From the NCBI GenBank assembly GCA_031426915.1, contig JASJPB010000007.1, forward strand, positions 2,996 to 66,995: a stretch of 64,000 nucleotides of DNA. Reading direction: 5' to 3'. Source of the DNA: Sulfuricellaceae bacterium (GTDB lineage: Bacteria; Pseudomonadota; Gammaproteobacteria; Burkholderiales; Sulfuricellaceae). Positions 37,536 through 47,565 of this stretch are shown here, piece after piece; within the stretch, counting starts at the first letter, position 1; every line of letters begins with the position of its first letter. Position numbers and translations under genes: made by a program. The notes under the pieces are model-generated. The model did no database searches. It was not told the DNA's origin and saw only the letters and a program-made list of their open reading frames with translations.

Positions 37536-37578
37536 TTCTACTCGGACGCATGACGTTGGGTTTCCAGGATAAACCTAT

Positions 37579-37724
37579 AAACCGCATTTCACCGCAAAGG
37601 ACGCGAAGGTTCGCAAGGTAAAACAAAGGGTTGATTAATGGCAACGCGCCACACATCGGGTTAGCCAATAAAGTTGTTCAAGCCTTTGAATTCCTTCGCG
37701 AACCTTTGCGTCCTTTGCGGTTAA
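37579..37724. repeat. ~145-bp palindromic intergenic element
   Basis: Arms ACCGCAAAGGACGCGAAGGTTCGC / GCGAACCTTTGCGTCCTTTGCGGT; approximate reverse complement of 47270-47413. Confidence 0.85.
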
Positions 37725-37751
37725 GATGCCTTTTTTAAGCAAAATCCAGGA

Positions 37752-38375
37752 TCAGGATATCCGTCCCCTCGCCAGCGCAGCAGTGATCTGCGCCACGTGG
37801 TGGCCCTGGAAGCGGGCCATGGCCAGTTCGTTTTCGCTCGGCTTGCGGCTGCCGTCGGGGCCGGCAATGGTACTGGCGCCATAGGGGGAGCCGCCGCTGA
37901 TCTCGCTCATGGTCATTTGCCGCTGCTCGCTATAGGGCAGTCCGACGATAATCATGCCGTGGTGCAGCAGCGTGGTGTGGAAGCTGAGAATGGTGCTCTC
38001 CTGGCCGCCATGCTGGGTTGCCGTGCTGGTGAAGACGCTGCCCACCTTGCCGATCAGGCTTCCGTCCAGCCACAGCTTGCCGGTCTGGTCGAGGAAATTG
38101 CGCATCTGGGCCGCCATGTTGCCGAAGCGGGTCGGCGTGCCGAAGATGACGGCATCCGCTTCCGCCAGTTGCGCTGGCGCGATGAACGGCAAGCGGGAAA
38201 AGGCGGACTGCGCCGCCCCGGCACCGCTGGCCTGGAGCTTGTCCTCGGGCACCAGTTCCGGCACGCGCCACAGGCTGACCTCGGCGCCATCCACAGTGCT
38301 TGCGCCTTCCGCAATGGCTTCTGCCATGAGGTGAATGTGTCCGTACATGCTGTAAAAAACCACTTGTATTTTCAT
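37752..38375 (-). CDS. wrbA: NAD(P)H:quinone oxidoreductase WrbA
   Basis: [33 protein letters not shown]. Confidence 0.96.
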   Translation of the reverse strand: MKIQVVFYSMYGHIHLMAEAIAEGASTVDGAEVSLWRVPELVPEDKLQASGAGAAQSAFSRLPFIAPAQLAEADAVIFGTPTRFGNMAAQMRNFLDQTGKLWLDGSLIGKVGSVFTSTATQHGGQESTILSFHTTLLHHGMIIVGLPYSEQRQMTMSEISGGSPYGASTIAGPDGSRKPSENELAMARFQGHHVAQITAALARGRIS

Positions 38376-38411
38376 GATGCGGGCTCCTTGATGATTATTT
38401 CCCCTTGCCGG

Positions 38412-38666
38412 TTAATCTTGATGGCGCTGCGCTTGCCGCTGCTTCAAGTCATCGCGCTTCTGCAAAAACTCATCGCGGCCGATTTCTCCTCGGGCATAGG
38501 CTTCTTCCAGGATTTCAAGCGGGGTTTTGCCGCTCCCGCCTGATTTTGAGCCGCTTGCCAGATATTTGATGGCGGCCAGGATCAGGATAATCGGCACTAG
38601 CCACATCAGCAGCATGCCGAGCCAGCCTCCGAACATCCAGGCGCCATGGTCATAGCCATACATCAT
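38412..38666 (-). CDS. SHOCT-domain membrane protein
   Basis: TM helix followed by PLEILEEAYARGEIGRDEF. Confidence 0.85.
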   Translation of the reverse strand: MMYGYDHGAWMFGGWLGMLLMWLVPIILILAAIKYLASGSKSGGSGKTPLEILEEAYARGEIGRDEFLQKRDDLKQRQAQRHQD

Positions 38667-38672
38667 GGTTGC

Positions 38673-39044
38673 CTATGCCTCGACCATGTCTTTTTTCGTG
38701 CTTTGTATCAATGCGGCGACCTCGTCACGTTCAGCACGAGGGACTTGAAAGGCCTCCAGCGTGGCATGGAGGTGCCCCAGAAATACCGACCAATCGTTTT
38801 CACTGATTCCCATCCCTTTATGGGAGGTTTTCATGTCCCGCCCGGTGTAGTACACGGGGCCGCCTGCACCCGAACACAGAAAGTCAATCAGGAGCTGCTT
38901 CGAGCGGTTCAAGCTATCCTCCGCTCGATGCTGCCAGTAGCGAGCCAGTTGCGGATCCGCTCGCAAGCGTGGCAAAAGGTCGCTGACAACAGCAGCAATG
39001 GCGTCATAGCCGCCAAGACGTTCATAGAGTGTTTTCTGGTTCAT
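38673..39044 (-). CDS. Group I truncated hemoglobin
   Basis: TLYERLGGYDAIAAVV, FLCSGAGGPVYYTGRDMKTSHKGMGI. Confidence 0.92.
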   Translation of the reverse strand: MNQKTLYERLGGYDAIAAVVSDLLPRLRADPQLARYWQHRAEDSLNRSKQLLIDFLCSGAGGPVYYTGRDMKTSHKGMGISENDWSVFLGHLHATLEAFQVPRAERDEVAALIQSTKKDMVEA

Positions 39045-39125
39045 GGCTTTATCTCCTTCTGGTTGGAAATGAGCATAAAGCTCATGCTATCCGGGGCCGC
39101 GTTGGCGGTGTTGCTCGCGCCGTGT

Positions 39126-39512
39126 TTAACTTTTCACCTTCTCGATCATGTGGTTGATGACATGGCTGTGCTCGCGCTGCGGGCTGAACATGATGATCTC
39201 CGCGTCCGCATTGACCTTGACGTTGTGCCCGGGCGGCCAGTAAAACAGATCGTTCGCGTTGACCGTTTCCTGCGCGCCGTCCATGCCGGTCGTGGTGAGT
39301 TGGCCGCGCAAGACAAAGCCCCAGTGGGGGCACTGGCACGAATCGCCTTCCAGTCCCTTGAACAGCGTGGTGGTGTCAACACCCGCCGAGAGGCTGAAGT
39401 ATTCGCCGCTGATCTTGCCTAATCCCGTTGCGTCGCCGAAATCCATTTGTTGGCGGATCACGGCGCCAGGGATCTCCATCTTGACGTCCACATCCTGTAT
39501 GGCTATCCGCAT
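39126..39512 (-). CDS. Cupin-domain protein (paralog 2)
   Basis: CQCPHWGFVLRG...DLFYWPPGH; aligns end to end with 32343..32729. Confidence 0.88.
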   Translation of the reverse strand: MRIAIQDVDVKMEIPGAVIRQQMDFGDATGLGKISGEYFSLSAGVDTTTLFKGLEGDSCQCPHWGFVLRGQLTTTGMDGAQETVNANDLFYWPPGHNVKVNADAEIIMFSPQREHSHVINHMIEKVKS

Positions 39513-39682
39513 GTTCGTTTCTCCTATGTGTCAATGGATGCTTAATGTGAATAGGGTGCGATTCATAAGGAGACGCACCGATGGTTGATGGTATGGCAAT
39601 GAAGAAGCAGTTCGAACCTTTGCTCACCACATGCCCGCACTCATATAGCCACGAGCGCGGGCAGTTGCCGAAGTCGTCTCGT

Positions 39683-39913
39683 TTACATGCCTACCAGCTG
39701 GGCGGTATAGCCTGCTGCCCGGGCCTTCGCCAACAAGACCGCTGTGGTGGTTTTTTCCGTGTCATAGGTGATCATGAGGAGGTGCTCCTTGCCTGCATTA
39801 AACCCTGGCGAAACGACTCCCTCGACCTGTCGCAGTGTATTTTCGAGAGAGGTGCGCGCTTCTTCACTCAGAGACTCATTGATGTGAATCATGACATCGC
39901 TAATATTCATCAT
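39683..39913 (-). CDS. Small HMA/ferredoxin-like-fold protein without CxxC (paralog 2)
   Basis: DVMIHI...VEGVVSPGF...HLLMITYD...AQLVGM; RBS AAGGAG. Confidence 0.72.
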   Translation of the reverse strand: MMNISDVMIHINESLSEEARTSLENTLRQVEGVVSPGFNAGKEHLLMITYDTEKTTTAVLLAKARAAGYTAQLVGM

Positions 39914-40081
39914 GTTGCTCCTTATATAGCGGGTTTATCGTAGCGTCAGAAACGCCTTGGTGTGGACCAGTTCCCGCCGCTCGGTATCGCGATCAGCGGT
40001 TAAGAACCGTATGCGTCAATGGATACTTTATGTTTGGTGGACTGTCTATCGCCGCATCCGTTTCAGGCAATAGGCAACGCC

Positions 40082-40489
40082 TCATGAAAACCAGCGCAAA
40101 AAGGCCGCCGCCGTCAATGCCGTGGCGCCCAGGGCCGTCAGTATCCGCCACACGCCACGACGCCAGGCTGCGGGCCGGTTTGCGGCATGGAGCAGATAGA
40201 AGGCCGCCAGCGAAAAGGCGGAAACTGCGCATGCCACCTTGATCGCCAGCGCGACCAGCGCGACCGCGCTGAGGTCGGGAAACTGCCCGTAATAGTAGAA
40301 GCTAATGGCGCCGAAGGCAGCGCCGCTCGCCACCTGGGCCACCCATCCCGATATCACCAGCCATGCGAGGGAACGCTCCAGTTCCGGGCGCATCAGCCAC
40401 AGCGAGGCCACCGCCCCGCCTATGACGGCGCTGGCACCGAAGTTATGCACCACCTGGGTCAGGGCATATCCCAGATTCTGGAGGTCCAT
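40082..40489 (-). CDS. Hypothetical 4-TM membrane protein
   Basis: Four hydrophobic helices; His in VVHNFG. Confidence 0.75.
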   Translation of the reverse strand: MDLQNLGYALTQVVHNFGASAVIGGAVASLWLMRPELERSLAWLVISGWVAQVASGAAFGAISFYYYGQFPDLSAVALVALAIKVACAVSAFSLAAFYLLHAANRPAAWRRGVWRILTALGATALTAAAFLRWFS

Positions 40490-40493
40490 GGGT

Positions 40494-40844
40494 TCATTCC
40501 ACATTCACCTTGACGCATTGCTCGACGCCGATCGGCACATGCGCCTTGTTCACCACCTTGATGCACAGCGTGTGTGCGCCTGCGGCCAGGGATTCAAGCG
40601 CTTGGCTTCCGGAAAGTTTGCGCAGGATGGCGGCTTCCTTGTTGTCCACGTAAAGATGAATGTGATCGCCGCGCGGACCGGGCACAACCTCGTAATCAAT
40701 CCGGTTCTGGGACATGGCGTCCAGCTTCGCGCCATCGGCCGGGAAGGATATTTTTGCATAAGGTTCGGCTGCCGCAACACAGGTCGAAAACAGTGCGACA
40801 GACAGCGCCAATATGATGCGACTGGGGAGGAGATGAGAATGCAT
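40494..40844 (-). CDS. Periplasmic beta-sandwich protein (DUF4399-like)
   Basis: Signal peptide; ISFPADGA, DHIHLYVD, GAHTLCIKVVNKAH. Confidence 0.7.
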   Translation of the reverse strand: MHSHLLPSRIILALSVALFSTCVAAAEPYAKISFPADGAKLDAMSQNRIDYEVVPGPRGDHIHLYVDNKEAAILRKLSGSQALESLAAGAHTLCIKVVNKAHVPIGVEQCVKVNVE

Positions 40845-41067
40845 GGCTTTACTCCATAAAGACTGAACACCCTGAAAGTGTAGGAAAAGCAGTGCAGGAA
40901 CACAGTACGGCAAACTGTGTATTTCTCATGGTTCAAGTCTTTAGCCGGCAGGATTCTTGGCCGGATTCGTCTCCATCAGTTGACGACCGAAGGCATTGGG
41001 GGAATTTCATGGAGTATTTTGGATGAAACCGGAACCAGAAGGGCAGCTATAGCGGCACGGAGGACCG

Positions 41068-43356
41068 TTAGTTAATCGGTGAGGCCTCGTAAACGGTTAC
41101 CCGATTGCGCCCCTCACTCTTCGAGCGGTAGAGCATTTCATCTGCGTGGGCAAGCAGAGTGTCCATATCGTTGCCGTGCGCGGGAAATCCAGCGACACCC
41201 GCCGACAGCGTTACCCGAATATCCCATTCGCCGTGCCTCACCAGCGTTCCGGCCAGATCGGCTCGCCACAATTCAATCCGTTGCAACGCATGTTCGGCGG
41301 ACATTCTAGGCATGACTACCACGAACTCCTCGCCACCATAGCGGCAGATCACGTCGCTTTCGCGTGCACTTCGCTTCAAGAGTGCCGCCAGGGACCTGAG
41401 GACTTCATCGCCTGCAGCGTGACTGTAGGTGTCATTGATTTTCTTGAAGTGATCGAGGTCGATCATGATCACCGCCACCGGATAATTCTCGCGGCGGGCA
41501 CGCGCCAATTCACGTGGCAGGGCTTCATCGAGGTAGCCCCGGTTATAGATACCCGTCAGCGGATCGCGGATCGCCTTTTCCTGCAAGTCGATCTTCTCAT
41601 CGCTTAGTTCCTTGAGCTGGAATTCGAGATGGCGTTGTGACTGCTCCAGTTCGACGTCCTGCCGCCGGCGCTCGGTGATGTCACGACCGATCCCCTGGTA
41701 GCCGGCAATCTGACCGTTTGCGTCATAAATCGGAATGGTCAGAACGTCGATCCAGATGACGCGACCATCCTTGCAGCGTTGCGGAATCTCGAAGCGCAAG
41801 GCCTCATTCTTGCGACCCTCGGCTTCAAGCTGCTCGCGTTTTTCGAGCAACCTGGACAGCATCAGCTGGCCTTCCGGTGTCAGCGTGTCCGCAATCGATT
41901 GTCCAATCACTTCATCACGCGCAAAACCGCGCAGGCGGCGATCCGCGTCGTTGATATAGGTAAAGCGGTTCTCGCGGTCAGCCTTCCAGACGACATCGGC
42001 CATATTTTCCGCCAGCATGCGGAATTGCTCCTCGCTTGCGCGCAGTGCTATTTCGGCCAATTGGCGTGCGGTGATATCGCGAAAAGCCATTACCACGCCG
42101 TGCTTACCATCGAGATCGTCAGCCCTTGACGCGGCATACTCGACGGCAAATCCCTGCCCATCCTTTCTCCAGAAGTGGTCGGTACCAAGCTTTTCCGTTC
42201 CCTCGTTCAACAGCCTGCCAATGGGGCACTCACCATCAGGGTAAGGTGTGCCATCAGGCAGGGAATGATGAATGGTGTCGTGCAGACTTTTACCTACCAG
42301 TTCGCTCGCTGTGTAACCAAATAGTCGCGCACCAGTCGGATTGATGAACGCGACCCGACCCTGTGCATCGATTCCGCAGATGCCGTCTTCAACCGTGTCC
42401 AGCACCGTCTGCATGCGCCTGACCACGCTCTGTTCGCGTGCTCTCGCTTTTCTCGTAATATTGGCCATCCAGCCGGCGACAAGAAACAGAAGCGCGAGGG
42501 TGCTAACCAGCACCATGGCCCGCTGCCGCCAGGGCGACAGAATTTCGTCGCGGCTGAGGCTGACGACGATGGCAATGGGGAGGCCGGCATGCTTGCGATA
42601 GGCTATCCGCCGCGTAATGCCGTCGATCGCCGATACCGCGGTGAAGGTGCCTACCGACTGCTTCTTCATCTCGTCGAGCAACTTCAAGCTAAACCGCTTG
42701 CCCGCTGCACCGGCGTCGGGGTGGCGCATGATGACAGCACCGTCGCTGCGTGCCAGAGTATAAGCGGCGGTTTCGCCCAGCTTGAGTTCGCTGACCACCT
42801 GAATGAAGACGTCGATATCGATGGCCGCCATCGCCACCCCAGCGAAGGAGCCATCGGGCGCGTCGATGCGGCGGCTGAGGTTAAACACTTTCTTGCCCGT
42901 CGTCTTGCCGACGATGGTTTCGCCAATGAACAGGCCGACACCCTGCTGTTGCTGTGCAGTGAAGTATTCACGGTCGGTCGCGTTGTTGGTCGAATGACGC
43001 ATATGGGACGCCATCACCGCCGAGCCATCTGCACGGTAAAGCCACAGCCGTCCGCTGACCGGAAGCTTCTTGGCCATTTCAACGAAGTGTGGCCAGCGCC
43101 GATCTCCCCCACTTCCCATGATGTCGTGGTCGCGGACCTCGTCGAGCGCGCGATCGAGAATGTTGTTGGCGTTGGCAATCACATGGGAAGTATGGGTTTC
43201 GAGCAGCCGGGCGACACTCGCCAGCTGATTGTCGGCTGCCGCCAGCGTGGCCTGATAGTCATGCCACAACCAGGCGCCGGTTCCGGATACGACGGCTGCG
43301 CTGAGCAGTATCCATCTGAGAACGGAATAGGGCAATGGTTTAAACGGCAGAGGCAT
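41068..43356 (-). CDS. Diguanylate cyclase (TM-dCache-TM-PAS-PAS-GGDEF)
   Basis: DPLTGIYNR, IDLDHFKKINDTYSH, RYGGEEF, ADEMLYRSK; two PAS domains; Cache motif DREYF. Confidence 0.95.
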   Translation of the reverse strand: MPLPFKPLPYSVLRWILLSAAVVSGTGAWLWHDYQATLAAADNQLASVARLLETHTSHVIANANNILDRALDEVRDHDIMGSGGDRRWPHFVEMAKKLPVSGRLWLYRADGSAVMASHMRHSTNNATDREYFTAQQQQGVGLFIGETIVGKTTGKKVFNLSRRIDAPDGSFAGVAMAAIDIDVFIQVVSELKLGETAAYTLARSDGAVIMRHPDAGAAGKRFSLKLLDEMKKQSVGTFTAVSAIDGITRRIAYRKHAGLPIAIVVSLSRDEILSPWRQRAMVLVSTLALLFLVAGWMANITRKARAREQSVVRRMQTVLDTVEDGICGIDAQGRVAFINPTGARLFGYTASELVGKSLHDTIHHSLPDGTPYPDGECPIGRLLNEGTEKLGTDHFWRKDGQGFAVEYAASRADDLDGKHGVVMAFRDITARQLAEIALRASEEQFRMLAENMADVVWKADRENRFTYINDADRRLRGFARDEVIGQSIADTLTPEGQLMLSRLLEKREQLEAEGRKNEALRFEIPQRCKDGRVIWIDVLTIPIYDANGQIAGYQGIGRDITERRRQDVELEQSQRHLEFQLKELSDEKIDLQEKAIRDPLTGIYNRGYLDEALPRELARARRENYPVAVIMIDLDHFKKINDTYSHAAGDEVLRSLAALLKRSARESDVICRYGGEEFVVVMPRMSAEHALQRIELWRADLAGTLVRHGEWDIRVTLSAGVAGFPAHGNDMDTLLAHADEMLYRSKSEGRNRVTVYEASPIN

Positions 43357-43487
43357 GGTCAGTTGGAATCAGGCGAAGAATGTAGATCTTAAATCTAAAT
43401 TCTGGTAACTACCATTGTTCAGTGGAAAATCATGGCCCCGATTACGCCCACCGGCCTTGGTGCCCCGATAATTCCTTCACGGGGCGC

Positions 43488-43568
43488 GGGGTCAAGTCTT
43501 GATATCACGTTTTCGCTACTCTCTTTTATCGCTGTAGAACGGCAACCGCGATGTCAAGACTTGACCCC
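43488..43568. mobile_element. 81-bp non-autonomous element with the same ends as the 30196-31116 unit
   Basis: GGGGTCAAGTCTTGATATC...GATGTCAAGACTTGACCCC. Confidence 0.8.
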
Positions 43569-43706
43569 GACGTTTTTTCAACCAGGGTAGCGTCACGACA
43601 AAACAGGTAATGAGGATGGTGTTATTATTGCGAACATCATCGCATCATCAGGTTTTTACAACGCATGCCAAAGAAATTGCACCAACTATAATAAAATTAT
43701 TATAAT

Positions 43707-44099
43707 ATGCCCCCTATCCTTTACGACTATGTCAATATCCACGGTGAAAATGAGTTTAAGTCCTGGACAAAGGGGCTTCAGACCCAGCAAAAGGCAAAGC
43801 TTAATCAGAAGCTCGATCTGCTAAAGGCGCACGGTGAAGGCCTCTTTCCAGAGATACTGACTGGGACAGACACAGCCGGAATATTGAAACTTCGAGTAAA
43901 AGGAAACGTCCAACTTCGGCCCATGCTATGCAGAGGGCCGATTGACGTTGGTGGTGAATACACGCTATTGCTTGGTGCAAAAGAGGTTGGTGGCAAGTTG
44001 AAGCCACCCGGAGCTGACGCGACCGCCGAGTCATTAAAGTCTTGCGTTGCGAACGACCCGGCAAATAGGAGAACGGAACATGAAAAAGTTAGCAAATGA
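43707..44099 (+). CDS. RelE/HigB-superfamily toxin of a putative TAC system
   Basis: YDYVNIHGENEFKSW...KAKLNQKLDLL...ILKLRVKGNVQLRPML; first gene of a 3-gene operon. Confidence 0.7.
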   Translation: MPPILYDYVNIHGENEFKSWTKGLQTQQKAKLNQKLDLLKAHGEGLFPEILTGTDTAGILKLRVKGNVQLRPMLCRGPIDVGGEYTLLLGAKEVGGKLKPPGADATAESLKSCVANDPANRRTEHEKVSK

Positions 44100-44571
44100 A
44101 CTTATCGACGATTTCTCCGATAAAGAATATGCGCACAGTTACATGGAAAGTTATGTGAACGCTGAAATAGCGGCGCAAATAAAGGTGTTGCGAGAAGACC
44201 GGGGGTTTACCCAAGAACAACTCGCCGAGTTGGCTGGAATGAAACAGGAGCGCGTCAGCGCGTTGGAAGACGTGGATTATGACGCTTGGACAGTAAAGAC
44301 ATTGCGCAAGCTTGCACGGGCGTATGACGTTCATCTACAGGTGCGTTTCGTTCCATTCAGCCAAGGAATTCTCGATGTCACAAATCTTAGCCGTGGTCGT
44401 CTTCAAGTTGTGTCCAGAAAAGATGATCTACGCGAGTTTGTTCGTCACGAACTCGTAAATCCGGACGGGCAATGGAAACCGATTGACACGAAGGGGCTGC
44501 CAAAGTTGGTGGTTAAGTCCATTCGTGGTCCGATTGAGCCAAGCAATAACTGGCAACGACTTGCTGCATAA
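44080..44571 (+). CDS. XRE HTH antitoxin (HigA-like) with C-terminal extension
   Basis: IKVLREDRGFTQEQLAELAGMKQERVSALE; ~70-aa tail ending EPSNNWQRLAA. Confidence 0.85.
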   Translation: MKKLANELIDDFSDKEYAHSYMESYVNAEIAAQIKVLREDRGFTQEQLAELAGMKQERVSALEDVDYDAWTVKTLRKLARAYDVHLQVRFVPFSQGILDVTNLSRGRLQVVSRKDDLREFVRHELVNPDGQWKPIDTKGLPKLVVKSIRGPIEPSNNWQRLAA

Positions 44572-44581
44572 TGGGTTAAAC

Positions 44582-45088
44582 ATGGCTGAAGAGAATACTG
44601 AGACAAAGGGGGCCGCAGAGACTTTTACGTTGCGTGGCATTTATTTCCGCACCGTAGAAACAAAACTATTGAATGATTTCGACCCGCTTGCTCCAGGTCA
44701 ACAGCTTTCCGCGTTCTTTAGAAATACTGACGGCACCGTCGATTGCAGAGAAACTACAGTTTCAGATGGTACGAATAGCAGCCTTATTCATTCTTGTGCA
44801 TTCAACACGGGATTTGAGTTTGCCTACGTATTGATGACAGATGGGGAAGCCCCGTCAGATGAAGATAGAGAGAAGGCAACCGTAGCACTTATTAGCGCAT
44901 ATATTACCGCCGATTACTTGGTGCCAGGCCCCAGCTTTCCGGAACAAAATGTCTTAACTGGTTGGGCGACAACCAATGCGCTCTTGCACTGCTGGCCTTA
45001 TTGGCGAGAATTTTGCCAAAGCACCATGTTGCGCATGAATCTACCGGTTACTACAATCCCTCTCTTGCGTCTTCAACACAAAGTCTAG
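44582..45088 (+). CDS. SecB-like chaperone
   Basis: Acidic protein with C-terminal NALLHCWPYWREFCQSTMLRMNLPVTTIP, the SecB-like helix motif. Confidence 0.78.
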   Translation: MAEENTETKGAAETFTLRGIYFRTVETKLLNDFDPLAPGQQLSAFFRNTDGTVDCRETTVSDGTNSSLIHSCAFNTGFEFAYVLMTDGEAPSDEDREKATVALISAYITADYLVPGPSFPEQNVLTGWATTNALLHCWPYWREFCQSTMLRMNLPVTTIPLLRLQHKV

Positions 45089-45097
45089 TCGCAACAA

Positions 45098-45122
45098 GAA
45101 ACCCGCTTCGGCGGGTTTTCAT
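45098..45122 (+). terminator. Intrinsic terminator (probably bidirectional)
   Basis: GAAACCCGC-TTCG-GCGGGTTTTC between convergent genes. Confidence 0.85.
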
Positions 45123-45436
45123 TTCACTGTTCCGTCCGTGTTTCCATCGAGGTCCAGGCCTTGCATTTTATATATTCTCCCCGACCTTCCGCCCGTTTCA
45201 CTGCCCGGCTCACGGTAGAGCAACTTACGCGAATATTTCACCCACTTGGGCCGGTTGCGGATGGTGTCCATGCCGTTCACGCGTTCCCAGATCAAGCGTG
45301 TTTGTTCCTCATCGAGTAACAGCCACTTGTCCACCTCCTCGGCGGTACGTCCGCAACCTTTGCAAACAACATCTCCCAGGCTGGTGGAGCAGTAGCCGAT
45401 GCAGGGGGAACTCGGGGTTTTATGGCTTAACGTCAT
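45119..45436 (-). CDS. DUF1289-family protein
   Basis: SPCIGYCSTSLGDVVCKGCGRTAEEVDKW. Confidence 0.85.
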   Translation of the reverse strand: MTLSHKTPSSPCIGYCSTSLGDVVCKGCGRTAEEVDKWLLLDEEQTRLIWERVNGMDTIRNRPKWVKYSRKLLYREPGSETGGRSGRIYKMQGLDLDGNTDGTVK

Positions 45437-45484
45437 GGGTGCGGATTATACGCGCGACAGGTGACGGTGCATCGAAGCGCCGGA

Positions 45485-46882
45485 TCAGGATTCATCCGGG
45501 CGCACCATCGCAGCCGCCTGCACCCAGCGCTCGAATTCGGTCTCCGTCACATAGCCTGACGCCAGCGCCGCCAGCTTCAGGCTGGTGCCGTCGCGATATG
45601 CCCGTTTGGCGATTTCCGCCGCCCTGTCGTAGCCGATGTGCGGCGTCAGCGCAGTCGCCAGCATCAGGGATTGCTGCAACAGGGTTTCGATCCTGTCCCG
45701 GTTGGCCTCGATGCCGCGCGCGCAATATTTCTCGAAACTGTTCATGCCGTCGGCGAGCAGGCGCAGACTTTGCAGGAAATTGTGGGCGATGAGGGGCTTG
45801 AAGGTGTTCAGCTCGAAGCTGCCCGAGGCGCCGCCGATGTTGATCGCGACGTCGTTGCCGAAGACTTGGCAGCACAGCATGGCGAGCGCCTCGCACTGGG
45901 TCGGGTTGACCTTGCCCGGCATGATGGAACTGCCCGGCTCGTTCTCGGGAAGGGAGATTTCCCCCAGCCCCGATCTCGGCCCGGATGCCAGCCAGCGGAT
46001 GTCGTTGGCGATTTTCATCAGCGCGGCGGCGAGGGTTTTGAAGGCGCCGTGGGCGGCCACCAGCGCGTCGTGGGCCGCCAGCGCCGCGAACTTGTTGGCC
46101 GCGCTGCGGAAGGGCAGGGCATAGCTGCGTGCCAGTTCCGCCGCGACCAGCGGGCCGAAGGCGGCGGGGGTGTTGAGCCCGGTGCCCACCGCCGTGCCGC
46201 CGGCCGCGAGTTCCAGCAAGGCCGGTTGCGCGGCGACGAGCAGGGACTCCGCGTAATCCAGTTGCGCCACATAGCCCGAAAACTCCTGCCCCAGGGTCAG
46301 CGGAACCGCGTCCTGGAGATGGGTGCGGCCGATCTTGACGATGTCGGCGAATGCCGCGGAGCGGTTTGCCAGTGTCGCGCGCAGGTTGCGCAGCGCCGGC
46401 AGCAGTTGCCGCGCAATGCCCAGGCTCGCGGCCACATGTATGGCGCTGGGGAAAATGTCATTGGACGACTGGCCGAGATTGACCTCGTCGTTGGCATGCA
46501 CCAGCCGGGTTTCGCCCCTGTCGCCGCCGAGCAGTTCCGAGGCGCGATTGGCGAGCACTTCGTTGAGATTCATGTTGCTCTGGGTGCCTGAACCCGTCTG
46601 CCAAACCGAGAGCGGGAACTCCTGCTCGTGGCGGCCGGCCAGCACTTCGTCAGCGGCCCGGATGATGGCGTCCGCTTTTTTCCCGTCCAGCTGGGCCAGA
46701 TCGCGGTTGACGACGGCGCAGGCGCGCTTGAGCGCGGCCAGTGACAGGATCAACTCGGGCGCCATGCGCTCGGATGAAATCCTGAAATGCTCGATCGCGC
46801 GCTCGGTCTGCGCGCCCCACAGCCGGTCTTCGGCAACCGGGATGGTGCCGAAAGAGTCGCGTTCGATTCTGCTGACGCTCAT
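45485..46882 (-). CDS. fumC: Class II fumarate hydratase
   Basis: [51 protein letters not shown]. Confidence 0.97.
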   Translation of the reverse strand: MSVSRIERDSFGTIPVAEDRLWGAQTERAIEHFRISSERMAPELILSLAALKRACAVVNRDLAQLDGKKADAIIRAADEVLAGRHEQEFPLSVWQTGSGTQSNMNLNEVLANRASELLGGDRGETRLVHANDEVNLGQSSNDIFPSAIHVAASLGIARQLLPALRNLRATLANRSAAFADIVKIGRTHLQDAVPLTLGQEFSGYVAQLDYAESLLVAAQPALLELAAGGTAVGTGLNTPAAFGPLVAAELARSYALPFRSAANKFAALAAHDALVAAHGAFKTLAAALMKIANDIRWLASGPRSGLGEISLPENEPGSSIMPGKVNPTQCEALAMLCCQVFGNDVAINIGGASGSFELNTFKPLIAHNFLQSLRLLADGMNSFEKYCARGIEANRDRIETLLQQSLMLATALTPHIGYDRAAEIAKRAYRDGTSLKLAALASGYVTETEFERWVQAAAMVRPDES

Positions 46883-47223
46883 AGCTTGAGCAGGTTGTCG
46901 ATTTTCGCGGCGCAAATGAAATCGTTTTCCGACAATCCGCCGATGGCGTGGGTGGAATAGCGCACCCGGCACTGGTTGTAGCCGACTTCCAGGTCCGGAT
47001 GGTGATCCTCGCGATGCGATATCCAGGCCGTGGCATTCACGAACGCCATGGTTTCGTGGTAGTTCTTGAAATGAAAGGTCTTGGCGATTTCCTTGCCCGC
47101 CTGTTCCCATTCGTTCAAGGCCTCCAGCATGCGCTCGATTTCCGGCTGTTCCATGGGCGGAACGCCGCCTTCGCAAGGCTTGCAGGTTTTCGTGGTCAGA
47201 TCGCATGCGAGTTCCGTGTTCAT
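46879..47223 (-). CDS. phhB: Pterin-4-alpha-carbinolamine dehydratase
   Basis: [40 protein letters not shown]. Confidence 0.95.
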   Translation of the reverse strand: MNTELACDLTTKTCKPCEGGVPPMEQPEIERMLEALNEWEQAGKEIAKTFHFKNYHETMAFVNATAWISHREDHHPDLEVGYNQCRVRYSTHAIGGLSENDFICAAKIDNLLKL

Positions 47224-47269
47224 GATTGCCTCCTGATATGCGGTTTTTGATTAAGCTTAAAAAATATTC

Positions 47270-47413
47270 TAACCGCAAAGGGCGCGAAGGTTCGCAAAGG
47301 AATTCAAAGGCTTGAACAGATTTGTCGGCTAACCGATGGGCGGCGCGTTGCCATTGATTAACCCTTCGTTTTACCTTGCGAACCTTCGCGTCCTTGGCGG
47401 TGAAATGCGGTTT
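47270..47413. repeat. ~145-bp palindromic intergenic element (second copy, inverted)
   Basis: Approximate reverse complement of 37579-37724 including the central spacer. Confidence 0.85.
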
Positions 47414-47565
47414 TAGATTAATTTATTTTTGACCATTTGACACTAATACCCGAGTATAGTTGTCAAGTAAAGTGATTCCTGCCTCGGCAGGCGCGGATAA
47501 GCCATATTCATGAACTTATCGTGGGGCAGGCTTATCAAAACTGAAACAGTTTCGGGACTGAGTCC

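Noticed and set aside
45485-47278. 597-aa ORF suggesting an N-terminally extended fumarase
   Set aside because: The extension is an off-frame reading of phhB; FumC similarity starts at 46882 with an ATGA overlap.
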